A stretch of DNA of 52,686 bases from contig JBGPHH010000002.1 in the NCBI GenBank assembly GCA_041484265.1, positions 1-52,686 of the forward strand, read 5' to 3'. The translations under genes and the position numbers were made by a program. The stretch comes from Vicinamibacteria bacterium. GTDB taxonomy: Bacteria > Acidobacteriota > Vicinamibacteria > Vicinamibacterales > CAVVIG01. Shown here piece by piece: positions 43,701 through 52,286 of this stretch; positions within the stretch are counted from its first letter, which is position 1, and the number at the start of each line of letters is the position of its first letter. The notes below the pieces were generated by a model. That model worked only from the letters and a program-made list of their open reading frames with translations. It had not been told where the DNA came from and ran no database searches.

Positions 43701-46304
43701 TCAGTGCAGGGGGATCCGGAATAGATTGCGTTGCATGTCTGTCTTGGTGAACACGTATGTCGAAGGGTCGGGCCCGGTCGACAGAGAAGCGTGTTCGATC
43801 ACCCGGGCGCCGGGGAGTTGAGCCCCCGTCGCCACGTCGATTCCAGAAGCGGGCAAGTCCGGCAACGATTTGCCGGCCGGCACGGGAATCGCGAGCGCCT
43901 TCCCCGGAGAGGTCGCCGACGTAGTCAGATCCATCGCGACATAGAAGAATGTTCCGTCGGAAGACCACCCTGCCAGGCAGCCTGGGGCACAGATTGTCTT
44001 GGGCGCGCCGCCGTGGATGGGTACGGCGAGCGCCGCACCAGTGCCCACGCCAGCCCCAGGTGAGAGCACGACCACCCACTCGCCGTCGGGCGACACACCG
44101 AGCTTGTCCAGAACCGACGCGGACGTGATTCGTTCTCGTCCCGTTCCGTCCTTCTTGATTCGGACCAGCGCGTTGTTCTCCGCCGGCGATCGGAAGACCA
44201 GCGCTCCGTCGCCGCCGAAGGACACCTGATCGCCGTCGGCGATCTCACGAGGAGGTGAGCGCCGGTCGAGGGGCGCCAGCCAGACATGCGATTCTCCGCC
44301 GCTGCTCGTTGTCGCGAAGGCCACTTCCTTGTCGTCACGCGAAATGTCGAAATCGGTGACTGAGACACCCGACAGCACACTGTCGCTCTTCCCGGAAGCG
44401 AGGTCCAACGAGCGCAATTCGGCAGACGCGGCCACCCAGCCGAACCGCGATAACCACCAATCCCGGACAAGGAGATAGAACACGTGTGTGCCGTCCCGGG
44501 AAAGGCGCGGAGCCGCGGCGTAACCTTCCGACGAGATCGCCCGCTCGCCGGTCGCGTCGTGCATCCAGATCGCACTCCGGCGCGTCCCGACCGAGGTCAC
44601 CAACGACCGGCCGTCCGGCGCCAGCGCAACGCCTTCCTCTTCGAGCGGGCCGAAGGTGACCTGCTCCGGTACTCCGTTAGGAAACTTCTGGCGCCAGAGG
44701 TGCGAGCTGCCTCTAACCGTCGCGCCAAAGTACATCCACCGTCCGTCCGGCGACCAGGCGGTTGAGGTGCACGTGCCCGGAGGTCCAACCTGCCGGCCCG
44801 CAGAGCTCCCGTCGAACGGCACCAGCCGGCACGGTTGAGTGAACGCGTGGGCGCTGGTCATTTCGACCACGAGCATCCACTGACGGTCCGGTGACGCATA
44901 GGAGTAGTGCGCCATCGCGTGCTCGTCGGGCTGAATATAGATCTCCCGCGCGTCCGCCCGGCCTTCCGTCGCGGTCACAATCCCCATGTGGAGGCCGGTC
45001 TTGATCTCGGAAAACAGCACCCGATGATCGGTGATCCAGGTGAGTCCGGAGGCGTTGGGCAGGAGCAGCGTCGGCTGGCCTCCGAGCACCGGAACAGTCC
45101 ACGTGTCCCAGTGACCGGTCGTCCACTGCGTGAACGTGATACGTGAGCCGTCTGGGGTAAAGACCGGTCCGAACTTGGAAATTGCGGAGTTGGTGAGCGG
45201 TACCGATTCGCCATTCGGGAGCAGCTTGACGTAGATCTGACCGCTGCTCAAGAAAGCGTCATTGCCGCGCTTGAATGTCAGCATTCGTCCATCCGGCGAC
45301 AAGCTGGGCGCCGTCGCCGAATCAGTGAAGTTCGTCAGCTGCGTGTACTCGGATGGTGAGGTCACGGGTCGTGAAGATTTCGCCACATAGAACAAGCCCG
45401 CACCGGCGGCGACCGCGAGCGGCAGCACCACGAGCCCGACCGCACGGTACATCGGACGTCGAGCTGCGGGCCGAGGCGTGACGATCGCAACCTCGCTGCT
45501 GTCTCGCTCCGCCCGCTTCAGGTCGGCGCGCACATCGGCGGCCGACTGGTAGCGCGTCTCTCGGTCCTTTTCAAGTAGCCGGCCGATGATCCGCTCCAGC
45601 GCCGGCGAGATCTTCGGATTCCGCTCGCGCACCGGCACCGGGGCCTTCCCAAGGAGCGCCTCAAAGGTGACCGCGGACGTCGAGCCGTCAAACGGTCGCA
45701 CGCCCGTCGCCATCTCATAGAGGACGACACCGAACGACCAGAGGTCAGTGCGGGCGTCCGCGGTTTCCCCGCGGGCTTGCTCGGGCGACATGTAGGCGAC
45801 CGTCCCCATGGTGGTGCCCGGATCCGTGACGGCTTCGGTCCGCTGGTCAATGGTGGCTTCCATGGCTCCACGGATGATCATGGCGAGGCCGAAGTCGAGG
45901 ATCTTCACCTGGTCGTTGCGGGTGACGAGGATGTTGCCAGGTTTCAAGTCGCGATGGACGATGCCCGCGGCGTGCGCGGCCGTCAGGCCGTCGGCGATTT
46001 GCCCCGCTAACTCGAGGAGCCGCTGAGGGCTGTCCGTGGGCCGAATGGGCACGCCGTCCACAAATTCCATGACCAGGTAGTTCGGCCCGATATCGTACAG
46101 CTGGCAGACGTGCGGATGGTTGAGCGCGGCCACAGCCCGAGCTTCACGCTCGAAGCGATCGGAGAACTGCTCCTTGGAGACTTTGATCGCGACGAGGCGG
46201 TCCAGCCGCGTGTCGCGTGCCTTATAGACGTCGCCCATGCCGCCCGCGCCAAGCGGGGCCAGAATCTCGTACGGTCCGAGGCGGGTGCCGGCAGTGAGGC
46301 TCAT
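43701..46304 (-). CDS. Ser/Thr protein kinase with TM segment and C-terminal TolB-like (PD40/WD40-like) beta-propeller region
   Basis: GxGxxG (LGAGGMGDV), AIK, HRDLKPGNIL, DFGLA, and SPEQ, followed by a TM segment (VGLVVLPLAVAAGAGLFYV) and repeated SPDG/APDG propeller motifs. Confidence 0.9.
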   Translation of the reverse strand: MSLTAGTRLGPYEILAPLGAGGMGDVYKARDTRLDRLVAIKVSKEQFSDRFEREARAVAALNHPHVCQLYDIGPNYLVMEFVDGVPIRPTDSPQRLLELAGQIADGLTAAHAAGIVHRDLKPGNILVTRNDQVKILDFGLAMIIRGAMEATIDQRTEAVTDPGTTMGTVAYMSPEQARGETADARTDLWSFGVVLYEMATGVRPFDGSTSAVTFEALLGKAPVPVRERNPKISPALERIIGRLLEKDRETRYQSAADVRADLKRAERDSSEVAIVTPRPAARRPMYRAVGLVVLPLAVAAGAGLFYVAKSSRPVTSPSEYTQLTNFTDSATAPSLSPDGRMLTFKRGNDAFLSSGQIYVKLLPNGESVPLTNSAISKFGPVFTPDGSRITFTQWTTGHWDTWTVPVLGGQPTLLLPNASGLTWITDHRVLFSEIKTGLHMGIVTATEGRADAREIYIQPDEHAMAHYSYASPDRQWMLVVEMTSAHAFTQPCRLVPFDGSSAGRQVGPPGTCTSTAWSPDGRWMYFGATVRGSSHLWRQKFPNGVPEQVTFGPLEEEGVALAPDGRSLVTSVGTRRSAIWMHDATGERAISSEGYAAAPRLSRDGTHVFYLLVRDWWLSRFGWVAASAELRSLDLASGKSDSVLSGVSVTDFDISRDDKEVAFATTSSGGESHVWLAPLDRRSPPREIADGDQVSFGGDGALVFRSPAENNALVRIKKDGTGRERITSASVLDKLGVSPDGEWVVVLSPGAGVGTGAALAVPIHGGAPKTICAPGCLAGWSSDGTFFYVAMDLTTSATSPGKALAIPVPAGKSLPDLPASGIDVATGAQLPGARVIEHASLSTGPDPSTYVFTKTDMQRNLFRIPLH

Positions 46305-46508
46305 GGTGCCACCCTTCGTGAATGTCGACTGTGAGGCGCGTCACGCGCGCTCGACACGGGACCAAAGTTGGGCCGGTCGGCGCGCCCCCAACAACGGGCT
46401 TGGGGAGGGGGCGCTACTCGAACGCTGGCAGGCTCAGTTCTGGATGACGGTTTCCACTATACAGGATCGAGGTAGGCGCAGGCCGAACGTGGAAGGCTCG
46501 CGCGCTGC

Positions 46509-49500
46509 TCAGGCGACGGCGGGCTCGGTGACGCGGCGGCGCGGGCGGAGGGCATTGAAGGCCGCCATGTAGGTGTAGAGGACTGGCGTGAGGTACAGCG
46601 TAATCAGCTGCGAAACCATCGGACCACCGATGACTGCGAGACCGAGCGGCCGCCGCGCTTCGCCGCCAGCCCCGAGTCCCAAGGCGATCGGAAGCGCGCC
46701 AAAGCGCGCCGCCGCCGTGGTCATCATGATCGGCCTGAAGCGAATCAGACATCCTTCGAGAATGGCCTCGGCCGGCGTGCAGTTGCGCTGGCGCTCCGTT
46801 TCGAGGGCGAAATCTACTTGCATGATCGCGTTCTTCTTGACGAGCCCGACGAGCATGATCAGGCCGACAAACGAGTAGATGTTCAACTCGTTGCCGAAGA
46901 GCCACAGCGTGATGAGCGCACCCAGGCCGGCCGACGGGAGCCCGGACAGAATCGTCAGCGGCTGCGTGTAACTTTCGTAGAGCATGCCCAGCACGATGTA
47001 GACGACGCCGATGGCGATGAAGAGCAGCAAGCCCAGGTTCTGCATCGACGCTTCGAACACCTTGGCCGATCCCTGGAACTGCGTCGTCACCGTGGCCGGC
47101 AGCACGCGCTTCGCCAACTGGTTGATGGCGGTCGTGGCGGCGCCGAGCGACACGCGTGGACGCAAGGCGAAGGAGATCGTCACCGACGGCAGTTGTCCGG
47201 AATGATTGATGGTTTGCGGTCCGACGGTCTCTTGAAAGTGCACGACCGATTCGAGCGGTACGAGTGTGCCCTTGGCCGTCTTGAATGAAACCTGCCGGAG
47301 CGAGTCTGTGTACTCCTGATAGCGCGGATCGAGCTCGAGCAGCACGCGGTACTGCGTCTTGGCGCCGTAAATCGTGGACGACCACTTGGGACCGAGGCCT
47401 TCATTGAGAGCGCCCGCGATTTCCGACGCGTTCAGCCCGACGGCGGCGGCTTTATCGCGATCGAACACTAAGTTCACGCGCGGGCTCTTGATCTCCATGT
47501 CGTTGGTGACGTCCTGGATTTCCGGCAGCTCGGTCATCGCCTGATCGAGCTGGTTCGCCCACGAGTAGAGATCGGCCGTGTTCGCGCTCTGGACGCTCAG
47601 GTTGTAGCTGCTGTTGCTGGTCCTCGCGCCAATTTGCAGGGCGGCCGGCACGGTGACCGTCGCCCGCACGTTAGGGAAGCGCGCGAGCTGCGGCCGAAGC
47701 TGCTGTGCGATCTGCGCGGCCGTCACCGGCCGCTCCTGCCGCGGCGTCAGTCTCACGGCCAAAGACGACGAGTTCATCGCGCCGCCACCGACGTTCATGA
47801 AGAAGTCGTATACGTACGGATTCTTGATGACCACTTCGGAGACCTTCTTCGAAGAGTCCACCATCTCCTGGAACGACGTGCCCTGGGCCGCGCGGATGTT
47901 GACGTTCAGCGTGTCGTTATCCTGATCGGGAATGAAGCCCTTGGGCACGATGCCGAACATCTCGACCGTCGCGATGGGCACGGCCAGAAAGACGACGAGC
48001 ATCGCCATCCGGTGCCGCAGAACGAGCGAGAGGCTCCACTTGTAGGCGCTGAACATCCCGTCAAAGAGGCGCTCCATCAAACCGGTGAGCCCGCGCTTGC
48101 TGTGCAGACTCGCCACGCGCAGGAACCGGCTGCATAACATCGGCGTCAGCGTGACGGACACGACGCCGGAGATGACGATGGCCGTCATGATGGTGACGGC
48201 GAACTCTCGGAAGAGCCGGCCCAGGATGCCGCTCATGAAGAGAATCGGGATGAACACGGCCGCGAGCGACGTCGTCATCGTGACGATCGTGAAGAGGATC
48301 TCTTTTGATCCGCTCAGTGCTGCCTGGAGCGGCGGCTCGCCGTTCTCCATGTGGCGCACGATGTTCTCGAGCATCACGATCGCATCGTCCACGATGAAGC
48401 CGATCGAGAGGATGAGCGCCATCATCGAAAGGTTGTTGAGGCTGAAGTGCAACAGCTCCATGACGGCGAACGTGCCCAGGATGGTAAACGGCAGCGCGAG
48501 CGCGGGAATCAACGTGGCCGAACCGTTCCTGAGGAACGCGAAGATGACCAGGACCACGAGCACGAAGGTGACGAGCATCGTGAGCTGGATCTCGGAGAAC
48601 GCCTGCCGGATGTTCTTGGACGCATCGCGGCGGACCGACAGGTGCACCGACGGCGGGAGCGAGGCGTCCAGGGCCGGCAGCACCTGCCGGATGGCGTCCA
48701 TCACCTGGATGGTGTTCGTGCCGGGTTGGCGCGTCACCGTCATGAAGATCTCGCGCCGCGTTTCCTCTTTGCTGTAGAGCCAGGCGCCGGTCCTCGTGTT
48801 CTCAACGCTGTCGATAACGTTGGCGATGTTGTCGAGCCGCACGGGCGCGCCGTTGCGGTAGGCCACGACCACCGGGCGGAACGCCTCGGCATTCGGCAGC
48901 TGGCCAATCGTGCGAATGCTGAACGTTTGCGTGGGGCCGAACAACTGACCGGTGGGGATGTTGACGTTCCAGCTCTGCAGGGCCTGATCGACCTCGTTCA
49001 GCCCGATATGCAGGTTCCTCAGCTTGTTCGGATCCACCTGCACGCGCACGGCGTACTTCTGCTGGCCGTTGACCGTCACCTGCGCGACGCCGCTCACCAT
49101 GGAGATGCGCGGCGCGATCAGGTTTTCCGCGTAGTCGTCGAGCGCCGACAGCGGCACGCCATTCGACACGATGCCCAACGTGAGAATCGAGCCCTCCGCA
49201 GGATTGACTTTCTTGAACGACGGTGGCGCCGGCATGCCCGACGGCAGGAGCGGCATCGCCGCCGCAATTTGTGTTTGCACGTCAACGGCCGCGCCCTCTA
49301 TGTCGCGGCTCAGGTCGAACTGCAGCGTGACCGTGGACGTGCCGGCCGAGCTTGCGGCCGTCATGTCCTCAAGGCCGGAGATCGCGGTGAACTGCCGTTC
49401 GAGGGGACTCGCGACGGCCGAGGCCATCGTGTTCGGATCGCCGCCCGGCAACGCCGCGCTGACCGTGACCGTGGGGAAGTCGATGCTGGGCAGATCGCTG

Positions 49501-49601
49501 ACCGGGAGCGCCCGGTACGCGAGCACACCGAAGAGCGCGAGCGCCAGCATGAGGAGGCTGGTCGCGATGGGCCGCCGGATGAACGTCTCGGAGATGTTCA
49601 C
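46509..49601 (-). CDS. RND (HAE1, MdtB/MdtC-like) efflux permease, paralog 2
   Basis: 1030-aa ORF starting MNISETFIRRPIATSLLMLALALFG (GTG). Collinear with paralog 1 over its full length. Confidence 0.9.
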   Translation of the reverse strand: MNISETFIRRPIATSLLMLALALFGVLAYRALPVSDLPSIDFPTVTVSAALPGGDPNTMASAVASPLERQFTAISGLEDMTAASSAGTSTVTLQFDLSRDIEGAAVDVQTQIAAAMPLLPSGMPAPPSFKKVNPAEGSILTLGIVSNGVPLSALDDYAENLIAPRISMVSGVAQVTVNGQQKYAVRVQVDPNKLRNLHIGLNEVDQALQSWNVNIPTGQLFGPTQTFSIRTIGQLPNAEAFRPVVVAYRNGAPVRLDNIANVIDSVENTRTGAWLYSKEETRREIFMTVTRQPGTNTIQVMDAIRQVLPALDASLPPSVHLSVRRDASKNIRQAFSEIQLTMLVTFVLVVLVIFAFLRNGSATLIPALALPFTILGTFAVMELLHFSLNNLSMMALILSIGFIVDDAIVMLENIVRHMENGEPPLQAALSGSKEILFTIVTMTTSLAAVFIPILFMSGILGRLFREFAVTIMTAIVISGVVSVTLTPMLCSRFLRVASLHSKRGLTGLMERLFDGMFSAYKWSLSLVLRHRMAMLVVFLAVPIATVEMFGIVPKGFIPDQDNDTLNVNIRAAQGTSFQEMVDSSKKVSEVVIKNPYVYDFFMNVGGGAMNSSSLAVRLTPRQERPVTAAQIAQQLRPQLARFPNVRATVTVPAALQIGARTSNSSYNLSVQSANTADLYSWANQLDQAMTELPEIQDVTNDMEIKSPRVNLVFDRDKAAAVGLNASEIAGALNEGLGPKWSSTIYGAKTQYRVLLELDPRYQEYTDSLRQVSFKTAKGTLVPLESVVHFQETVGPQTINHSGQLPSVTISFALRPRVSLGAATTAINQLAKRVLPATVTTQFQGSAKVFEASMQNLGLLLFIAIGVVYIVLGMLYESYTQPLTILSGLPSAGLGALITLWLFGNELNIYSFVGLIMLVGLVKKNAIMQVDFALETERQRNCTPAEAILEGCLIRFRPIMMTTAAARFGALPIALGLGAGGEARRPLGLAVIGGPMVSQLITLYLTPVLYTYMAAFNALRPRRRVTEPAVA

Positions 49602-49629
49602 GACTTACACCCCCTCAGGAACCGACTCG

Positions 49630-49670
49630 CGGCATTGTAGGGGTTCGCTGGGGCCAATGCGAGGCGAATC
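49630..49670 (-). promoter_or_regulatory. conserved 41-nt upstream block with TACAAT (sense strand), copy 2
   Basis: cggcattgtaggggttcgctggggccaatgcgaggcgaatc, at the same distance from the RND start as copy 1. Confidence 0.4.
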
Positions 49671-49720
49671 CCCGTCGATATTGTTTCCTTACGACGGCGG
49701 GGCCAGGGCTCCGGCTGCCT

Positions 49721-50325
49721 CTAACGAGCGGGCGCCGGCGCGACCTCGGCGCCCGCGATCTTGCCGCGCTCGAGAGACGCCTTCACGAAGCCGGATCCAC
49801 GCACGTCCTCGATGGACCGGTTGATCGCGCGGCGACCGCTTCCATGCGAGCGCGGTTGGCGGCGAACACGTCGAGCCGGCCGCTGACCAGCATCTCTTCA
49901 ATTTCGGCGGAAGGCGGCGTGAGGGGCAGGACGTCCACGTGTGCCTTCTTCAGATTGGCGCTGACGTAGATCTCCTGCGATTGCCCTTTGACGGCGCCCA
50001 CCTTCGTGCCGGCGCGATCCACGTTGCCCGACGTGCGGATCGTCGAATCGGCACGGACGAGGTAGGCGTTCTGCATGAGCGCGTACGGCGCGGAGAACTC
50101 GACCTCGGTGGCGCGTGCGGCCTCGTAGGCGAGAATTCCGATGTCGGCCCGGTGCGCCTTGACGCTGTCGATCACGGCCGAGGCGTTCGGCAGGGGATCG
50201 ACCCGCCCTTGTACCGGGTTGTCGCCGAGGAACGTGGCGCGCAGGGTCCCGGTGGGCGCGAGGCTCGGCGCGGTGAGTTGCAGGGCCACGACGGCTGCCG
50301 GAAGCAGGTTCAGCACTCCGTTCAT
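49721..50325 (-). pseudogene. decayed family-3 (amino-acid-type) solute-binding protein gene
   Basis: Signal peptide MNGVLNLLPAAVVALQLTAPSLA and the SBP_bac_3-like core (LRATFLGDNPV..., ADIGILAYEAARATEVEFSAPY) lie in one frame. The family-like C-terminus (AINRSIEDVRGSGFVKASLERGKIAGAEV...*) lies in another frame from about 49828. Segments expected between these parts are missing. Confidence 0.55.
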
Positions 50326-50351
50326 GCGGCCATTATAGGAACGCGTCGCCG

Positions 50352-50369
50352 TGCGCGCGTATAATTCGC
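50352..50369 (+). promoter_or_regulatory. TGCGCGCGTATAATTCGC box upstream of the STAS gene
   Basis: 18-mer identical to 52052-52069. TATAAT at 50360-50365 lies 52 nt upstream of GTG 50418, which is preceded by AAGGAGG. Confidence 0.4.
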
Positions 50370-50417
50370 TGCCCATGAGTCGTGAACCGGAAAGCGAGCT
50401 GTCGCAAGGAGGCATGC

Positions 50418-51116
50418 GTGCCGCTGTCGTTGCAGAGCCGTCGGGTCGGTGACATCACCGTCGTGAAATGCCGCGGCCGGATCGTCGAGGGCGCCGAGTC
50501 TGCCGCACTGTCACAGCATCTGACCGATCGGCTCTCCGACGGCCCGCACATCGTCCTCGACCTGGGCGATGTGGCGTTTCTCGACAGCGCCGGCCTCGGG
50601 CTGCTCGTCTTGTGGCTCAGCCGGGTCCAGGCGGCGCGCGGACGCTTCACCCTGTGTGCGCTCCCGCCCCACATCGTTGAGGTGTTGCGGGTCACGAAGC
50701 TCCGGACCGTCCTCGAATCGTACGCGTCCGAGGAGGAGGCCATCGCCGCGTGTTATCGGTCGGGCCGGTCACCTGACGCGGTCTATCGGTTCACGACCGA
50801 CATCCTGTGCGTGGAACCTTCCGACGAGGTGTTGGCGTATGTCCGGCAGCTGTTGGGCCAGGCCGGCTACGGCGTCGTCACGGCGAGCAATCTGCCCGAC
50901 GGGCTCGTGCTCCTGATGGCCACGCAGCCGAAGGTCGTGGTGATGGGCGCCGCCCTGCGCGCGCAGCGCGGCACGCAAACCGCCGACAAATTCACCAGGC
51001 TCGCGGAGGCGCGGGCCGTGGTCGAGTTGCCCGTGGGGTTTTCGACGCGCGATGCGGGCGACGCGGGCCGACACCTGCTCGATCAGGTGCGTGCGCTGAC
51101 GGGTGGACGTTCATGA
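50418..51116 (+). CDS. STAS-domain (anti-sigma-factor-antagonist-like) protein fused to a degenerate receiver-like domain
   Basis: GTG 50418 is preceded by AAGGAGG. STAS pattern: ITVVKCRGRIVEGAESAALSQHL...IVLDLGDVAFLDSAGLGLLV...EVLRVTKL. The C-terminal half has receiver-like topology (ILCVEPSDEVLAYVRQLL...KVVVMG) but lacks the acidic pocket residues. Confidence 0.65.
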   Translation: MPLSLQSRRVGDITVVKCRGRIVEGAESAALSQHLTDRLSDGPHIVLDLGDVAFLDSAGLGLLVLWLSRVQAARGRFTLCALPPHIVEVLRVTKLRTVLESYASEEEAIAACYRSGRSPDAVYRFTTDILCVEPSDEVLAYVRQLLGQAGYGVVTASNLPDGLVLLMATQPKVVVMGAALRAQRGTQTADKFTRLAEARAVVELPVGFSTRDAGDAGRHLLDQVRALTGGRS

Positions 51117-52039
51117 CACGCACGGAGATGGCCGCGCTCGTCGCCCGCCGGGAGGACGCGTGGAATCGGCACGACATCGCAGAACTGAGTCGCTTGAACG
51201 CGCCGGATTGTCGCGTCGAGAGTCCGACGGCCGGGAGGATCGTGATAGGCCTGCAGGCCGTCGAGGACATCAACCGGGCGTGGGTGACCGGCTTCCCGGA
51301 CGTCGTGTTTGCCACGACGGATGTGTTGATTGATGGTGACGAGTTTGCGTGGATCCTCACGGCCACCGGCACCGACACGGGTGGGTTCATGGGCCTGCCG
51401 CCGACCGGCCGGTTCTTCGAGCTCCCGATGGTGATCCTGGCCACGGTGCGCGACGGCCAGATCGTGGAGGAGCGGCGCATCTACGATTTCACGGGCATGC
51501 TGCTGCAGGTCGGGATTCTCTCGGCGAAGGCGAGTCCCGCGACGGCGGCCCGCGTCCGAGCGGCGAGTCCGCCCATCGACATCGCTGCGGGGCACGTGAG
51601 CCCGGCGATTCCGTCTGTGCCGCGGGCAGAGGTCCTCACGCTCCTGGAGCAACGCCACGTGGCGTTGGCGCGCCGTGACATTCATGCGCTAGCGGCACAG
51701 CACACGGCGGACTGTGTCATGGACAGTCACGTGGCAGGACGGGTCGAAGGGCACGCGGCGATCGCGGAGGTCTACGACGCGTGGTTTCGCGCGTTTCCTG
51801 ACAACGTGCTGACTGTCGAGCGCGCCATCGTGGACGATAACCGTGTCGCCGAGATGGTCATCCAGTCCGGCACCGACACGGGCGGGTTCCTGGGCACGCC
51901 TCCCACCGGCAAGCCGTTCCGCATCCCCATGGTGTGGCTCTTAACGATCGAGAAGGGCCGCTTCAGCTACGTGCGCCCGCTCTACGACTTTACCGGCCTG
52001 CTGGTGCAGATCGGCGTGCTGAAAGCGAAGCCGGTGTAA
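51113..52039 (+). CDS. tandem SnoaL-like/ester-cyclase (NTF2-fold) two-domain protein
   Basis: ATGA overlap with the upstream gene. Two homologous halves each contain ...AWNRHD/ALARRDI...TGTDTGGFMGLPPTGR.F..PMV...G.I..ER.IYDFTG.L.Q.G.L. Confidence 0.7.
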   Translation: MTRTEMAALVARREDAWNRHDIAELSRLNAPDCRVESPTAGRIVIGLQAVEDINRAWVTGFPDVVFATTDVLIDGDEFAWILTATGTDTGGFMGLPPTGRFFELPMVILATVRDGQIVEERRIYDFTGMLLQVGILSAKASPATAARVRAASPPIDIAAGHVSPAIPSVPRAEVLTLLEQRHVALARRDIHALAAQHTADCVMDSHVAGRVEGHAAIAEVYDAWFRAFPDNVLTVERAIVDDNRVAEMVIQSGTDTGGFLGTPPTGKPFRIPMVWLLTIEKGRFSYVRPLYDFTGLLVQIGVLKAKPV

Positions 52040-52051
52040 TCAACCCGCCGC

Positions 52052-52069
52052 TGCGCGCGTATAATTCGC
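52052..52069 (+). promoter_or_regulatory. TGCGCGCGTATAATTCGC box downstream of the SnoaL-like gene and upstream of the kinase gene
   Basis: Identical to 50352-50369. About 220 nt upstream of ATG 52287. Confidence 0.35.
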
Positions 52070-52286
52070 CCATTCCCGCGCGATGGCGCCGACCATCCGG
52101 CGACACCGGCGAGCACGATTGAAGTGATGCACGAAGGACTCGTAGAGCGGACGATCTTAGAACTTGGGCGACCGCTGAGGCTGGGGCAGGTGTGCCCAGC
52201 CTCGATTCACGCGCAGCAGCTCTCGCCCCGCCGAAGTCCCGTATCAAAGCCACTCGAGGCCGTATGATCCAAGCACCCTTTTCATC

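Noticed and set aside
43600-44079. N-terminal 160-aa extension of RND paralog 1 in the ORF track (40510-44079)
   Set aside because: The extension overlaps the 3' end of the kinase gene and the conserved upstream block. Paralog 2 starts at the homologous VNISETF position, so GTG 43599 is the credible start.
46376-46414. GC-rich imperfect hairpin (CCCCAA-8 nt-TTGGGG with outer GCGC arms) between RND paralog 2 and the kinase gene, considered as a terminator
   Set aside because: The stem is short and interrupted, and no U-tract follows on the sense strand. This is too weak to annotate.
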